Program-made: the position numbers and the translations under genes
Notes under the pieces: generated by a model
The model's database searches: none
Told to the model about the DNA's origin: nothing
What the model saw: only the letters and a program-made list of their open reading frames with translations
Shown here: in pieces, positions 59,727-64,000 of the stretch
Numbering within the stretch: position 1 is the stretch's first letter
How the letters are laid out: the number at the start of each line of letters is the position of its first letter
Assembly (NCBI GenBank): GCA_047967505.1
Contig: CM106538.1
From: Dipteris shenzhenensis
Taxonomy: Eukaryota
Strand: one strand, 5' to 3'
Length of the DNA stretch: 64,000 nt

Positions 59727-59956
59727 TTCTTAAAAAAAGAAAGTGTGTGTGTGAGTGTGTGAGAGAGAAAGAACCAAAATAGAAGGGGGGCCACGTGGCA
59801 ACAAAGTGTGAGTGAGTGTGTGTGTGTGAGAGAGAAAGAACCAAAATAGAAAGTGTGTGTGAGTGAGTGTGTGAGAAAAAGAAAGTGTGTGTGAGTGAGT
59901 GTGTGAGAGAGAAAGAACCAGAATAGAAGGGGGGCCACGTGGCAACAAAGTGTGTG
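59664..59956. repeat. (GT)n(GA)n microsatellite plus repeated units carrying the G-box palindrome GCCACGTGGC
   Basis: GAGAGAAAGAACCA.AATAGAA occurs three times and GGGGGCCACGTGGCAACAAAGTGTG twice, ~0.6-0.85 kb upstream of the mS41 ATG. Confidence 0.8.
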
Positions 59957-61858
59957 GGAAACTTTTTAACAAAAGTGTACCTAGAGCGCTGCGTGGAAGG
60001 AAGTGCTAACAACACCTTTCCCACCACCTTTTCCACGATGGTAGGCGGGTGGTGTGAACCCAGCTTTAGTAATCGTTTAGCTCAGAAAGAGAAAATTAGG
60101 GAATTTCTAAATCTTTGTTTTGTCAAAGCTTTGCATTCGGCCATGTGTACATATCTCCGCTGCTCCTGTTGGCCCTACACCTTCTGCATTCAATACCAAT
60201 CCATGCGCAGTTTCAACCATGCACTTTCATAACGCCCACTTTTCCCTCTCCTCTAGATTCGCTATTCATCTTGCCCACCACATTCCAAAGTCACAATTCT
60301 AGCTATTTCGTTTGCCCTCCATAGCTTTTTTGTCTTCAACCTTTGGGCGGACCCTATGAATGTGTATTCATCTTGTTTCCTAATTTTGCAAACATAGGGT
60401 TCAAACAGTAGGGATTCGTAAGCATTGTGCTTTGATAGATTGTGGTTGTATGAGCTTGATGGGATTGTTTCCTTGCAAAGTTTGATGTTGTGTCTTATTA
60501 GATGAAAGGTTGTTTACCTTCTCATTAGGAAGTCATTGAATCTCTTATTTCTTACACGCACTTATTGCACCTCCACTTTGATGCTTATTTAGAATAGATT
60601 GGTTAAAGACTTTTGTGCTTTGAGCATTGTATTTTTGCAACATTTCTTGTAAGCTTACTTCTTGCAGTAGTTCTTGTAACCCTTCTTCTTATATTCTATA
60701 GCTGTAGTTCAAAATTTGCAAAATATGTATATTCATCTAGCCTTATTCTACATTTCTTAGTGAAAATTTATAAAGGGTGCCTGTGCATAGCTAAATATCA
60801 TTTGTATGATATCCATTTAAATGAGATGAGCATGTTTGTCGGGGACTCCGTAAATTGTGGTGGCTTTTGAGTGCATTAACTTATAGTATAAATACAAGCC
60901 TGGGTATCTAAGAGGAGCGTGGTTTTGATTCAATTGTTATAACCTTTTTCTTACAGTAGTTCTTGTAACATTTCTCCTTTTCTTACATGTGTTGATAACG
61001 GGTGCCTCTCCACAGTTGAATATCATGTGTATAACAACCATTTAAATGAGATGAGCATGTTTGCTAGGGACTCGGTAAAATGGGGCAGCATTTGGTTGCA
61101 TTAAGTTGCAATATAAATACTAAAGCTAGTATTTAGAAAGAGTGTGGTTTTAATGCTACTATATTAATAATCTTACCTGGATACATTATGAAAATATATG
61201 TATCTGGAAATTTTCAGCAGATGTATCTGGCAATTTTCAGCAGATTTATGTAGACTTACGAGATAGTTTCATAATTAAGTACTTGCTTGGATTTATTAGA
61301 ATTATACTCAACAATTGTTTATAATATGAACAATACTTGTTGTGAATTTTTATATAGCACTTGTTTTATAATATGAAGAGTACTTGCTGGGATTTCTAAG
61401 GAACATAATATTGATTTTTTTTGTTTATGTTGCTTTTTTGGAGGAAGTAACCCCATCCTTTGCATTTGATGAAAGATTAGAGTAGATAAGAAGTGTATTC
61501 AGCTGATTGGATGTATTGACATCCTATTTTGCACATGCTCAAGTACTAGAATAATCTGAAATGAAAAAATTCATTAAAGTTTGTATTATTTATGTGCTCA
61601 ATCAAACTCATTTTTATGTACGTTTTCTAATATAATTCCTATTTATATTTAATAGATTGAAATTTTGATGAGCATAAAGGCAAGATAGTTTTGTCAAAAG
61701 ATTCGTCTCACAAGAGTATCCATAATAACAGTCCTAGACTTTAAAATGCAGTTGCTTCTCTTTTGAATACTATCTTCTCCTCCTAACTTCAAGGGTTCAC
61801 ATACAAATAGAGGGTCCATAAAAAGATGTTGACATGGTAGCTATATTTTAGGGGAGGA

Positions 61859-62317
61859 TGTTGCTACTCCTCGTAAAATTTGCATTGAATCAAGACATTG
61901 ACTTAGCTATAAAACATGGTGTTGGACGGGGGGGGGAGGGGGGCAAGGGGGTTATTGTGCTGTTTTGGAGCAAAGTAGTATGAATAAGATGTTCTAGTTG
62001 CTATTCTAGTGGTGTATTAGTTGTGTTCTAGTGTGAAATGGGTTTAAGTCTTATGTGAGCTTGAAGTGTCAAGTGAACTTTAGGATTAGATATGATTTGG
62101 TGTGATGTAAATCATCTGTGATCTTAGTGATCTTCTCTTCACTAACATCATCAATCATGTATAGTGTGTGAAAGATAAGGCACCCTCATCCCATGAAAGA
62201 GGTACCATATACTTGCAATGTATGAATCACATTAGCACTATTGCCTCATTCTTGTATCCTCACACACACTCTCTCCCTATATTGCTACATTTCTCTCTCA
62301 CCTTGTGATTCTCAACA
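61859..62317 (+). mobile_element. Possible isolated LTR
   Basis: Purine tract AGGGGAGGA followed by TGTTG...CAACA; no partner LTR or TSD found. Confidence 0.4.
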
Positions 62318-62480
62318 ATTATTAAATTGAATATCACATTATATATATATATATATATATAATTCATTCCATGTGCCAACTTTGATGAGAAACTCAATGG
62401 TGAACATTTTGATGTGAGAACCTTTCTATTGCTTATTTTGCATGGGTTGAGTTCATATTAAAGTGATGAAAATAAAAAGA

Positions 62481-63420
62481 TGTTAAAGTGGAGAATGGAG
62501 AGAAGAGTGCACAACCACAATGGGTTAAGTAAGCACTAGATTTCAAATTAAGGAAAATGAAAATATATACACCTTACCCGTTAGGGTTAAGGTCAAGGTT
62601 TTCCCATGTCCCCTTTTAGGCTCCTCTCTAGACCTTAGTATATGGTGTATTTTACTCTATTATCAACACTCCCTCTTAAGTTTCACTATATAAGTAGAAG
62701 GTGCATCACGAAAATTTTTTGGATTTTTTGTCAAAAGTCTAAAAACTTCTCAAGGGAAAGTGGATATCTAGGACTTGTTCTTGTGTTAGACAATGGAAAA
62801 TTCTTATTGATGATTTTGTCTCTAATGAAGCAATAATGTACTTCACTATGCTTTGTTCTAGCATGAAAGATTGCATTCCTCTCAAGTTGAATGCTGCTCA
62901 TATTGTTGGAATAGATCATGGTCGGTTCTTCAGAAGAATTTTAATTTCTAAAAGATGCATTTTGAACTAGATTTTTAATATTCCACTTTGATGATGAAAA
63001 GGCCACTATGGGTTGTTTCTTGTTTTGCCAAGGTAACTTTGCTAATCCAAGATTGATATTATATCCAATTGTACATCTTTTATCATCTATACTTCCTACC
63101 CAATTAGAATTATTATAACCTTGAAATTTTAGATTTGTTAACTTGTCATATTTTAAATCATTATCCCATGTACCTTTCAAGTATCTAAGGACTCATTTAG
63201 TTGTAAGAAAATGAATCTTTTTGGGATTTTGCATAAATTGATTAAGAACACCAAAGGAATAAGAGATGCTTTGCATATATTCTTTACAAGGTCATGTAAT
63301 AGACTTCATCTATGTGAAGAGTTATGCTACCAAGACCTCTTTTATTTGCCAAGTATACCTTCAAACTCTTAGCATATGACACATTTTGCATCATAAATGT
63401 GCCATAGTTGTTGAAGAACA
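62481..63420 (-). mobile_element. Old copia RT/RNase H remnant + 3' LTR (related to copia-B)
   Basis: WVGSIDDKRCTIGY, WQNKKQPIVAFSS and IFHARTKH. PPT AAGAGGGAG; LTR 62668->62481 resembles 19165-19330. Confidence 0.85.
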
Positions 63421-64000
63421 ATCATTTTAGGGGGACTACCTGGGGGGGGGGGGGGGGATCATTCATTTTATGAAAAGCAAAAGCAAGGAATTGGTAGTTG
63501 GCCCCTACACATCCATTGCACATGTGTGCATGCTCTTGCTCTTCAATGTTGTTGGTGAAGCACTTGCCAAGAATGCCTCAAAACATAATGTCGATGTAGC
63601 CTAGTGGAGCAACTGTGTAGGCTATTCAACCCAAGACTCCCAAAACTATGGGTTTAGAGTCTTCAATGTCAACTTGAAAAAGTCAAATTGCAAAAAAGAC
63701 CATAATTTGTGGGCTATACCAGCTTCAATTTGCTTTTGGAAGCTTCAATTATGGCCAATTTCACCCAAATTTGTAAATTTCCCAAACTAATAAATTTCCC
63801 TAATTTTTGGGTATGTAAGAGATTTGATGTGATAAATTTTTTGCAAAAATTCAAAAAAAAACACAATTTAAAGTTGAAAAGAATGGATACTCAAAAGAAC
63901 CACCTCAACTACAAGCAAAAGCCATAAATAAAAGTTTTTGGGCTAGACCTTGAACTATAGGTAGTGAAAGTGTGTATTGCCATCTCCTCCTCCCAAAGTT

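Noticed and set aside
60300-61200. Possible divergent plus-strand gene (GTAAGC donor ~60418, duplicated intron-like blocks)
   Set aside because: No coding exon identifiable in the window; insufficient support.

Overview
Repeat-dense plant nuclear DNA, most likely a large-genome seed-free plant such as a fern (inferred from TE spectrum and intron size). I find one host gene: a 3-exon, minus-strand, 111-aa IGR-motif mitoribosomal protein (mS41/Fyv4-like). Its last 23 codons lie behind a 34,882-bp intron packed with nested elements: two complete copia elements, a gag-only LTR element, a chromovirus fold-back, several LINEs and hAT-like elements. The left third holds a decayed Sola-like DDD transposase, a very divergent intronless histone H3/CENH3-like pseudogene with a C-terminal extension next to a ~160-bp tandem repeat, and more copia elements. 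The most unusual signals are the H3-like relic, a compact array of covarying C(UNNN)G hairpins at 24.9-25.1 kb, a stem-loop bracketing the PPT in six copia elements, a ~1.8-kb intronic inverted repeat, and a clean 175-bp inversion inside a gypsy RT. All calls come from manual reading; no database searches were run.
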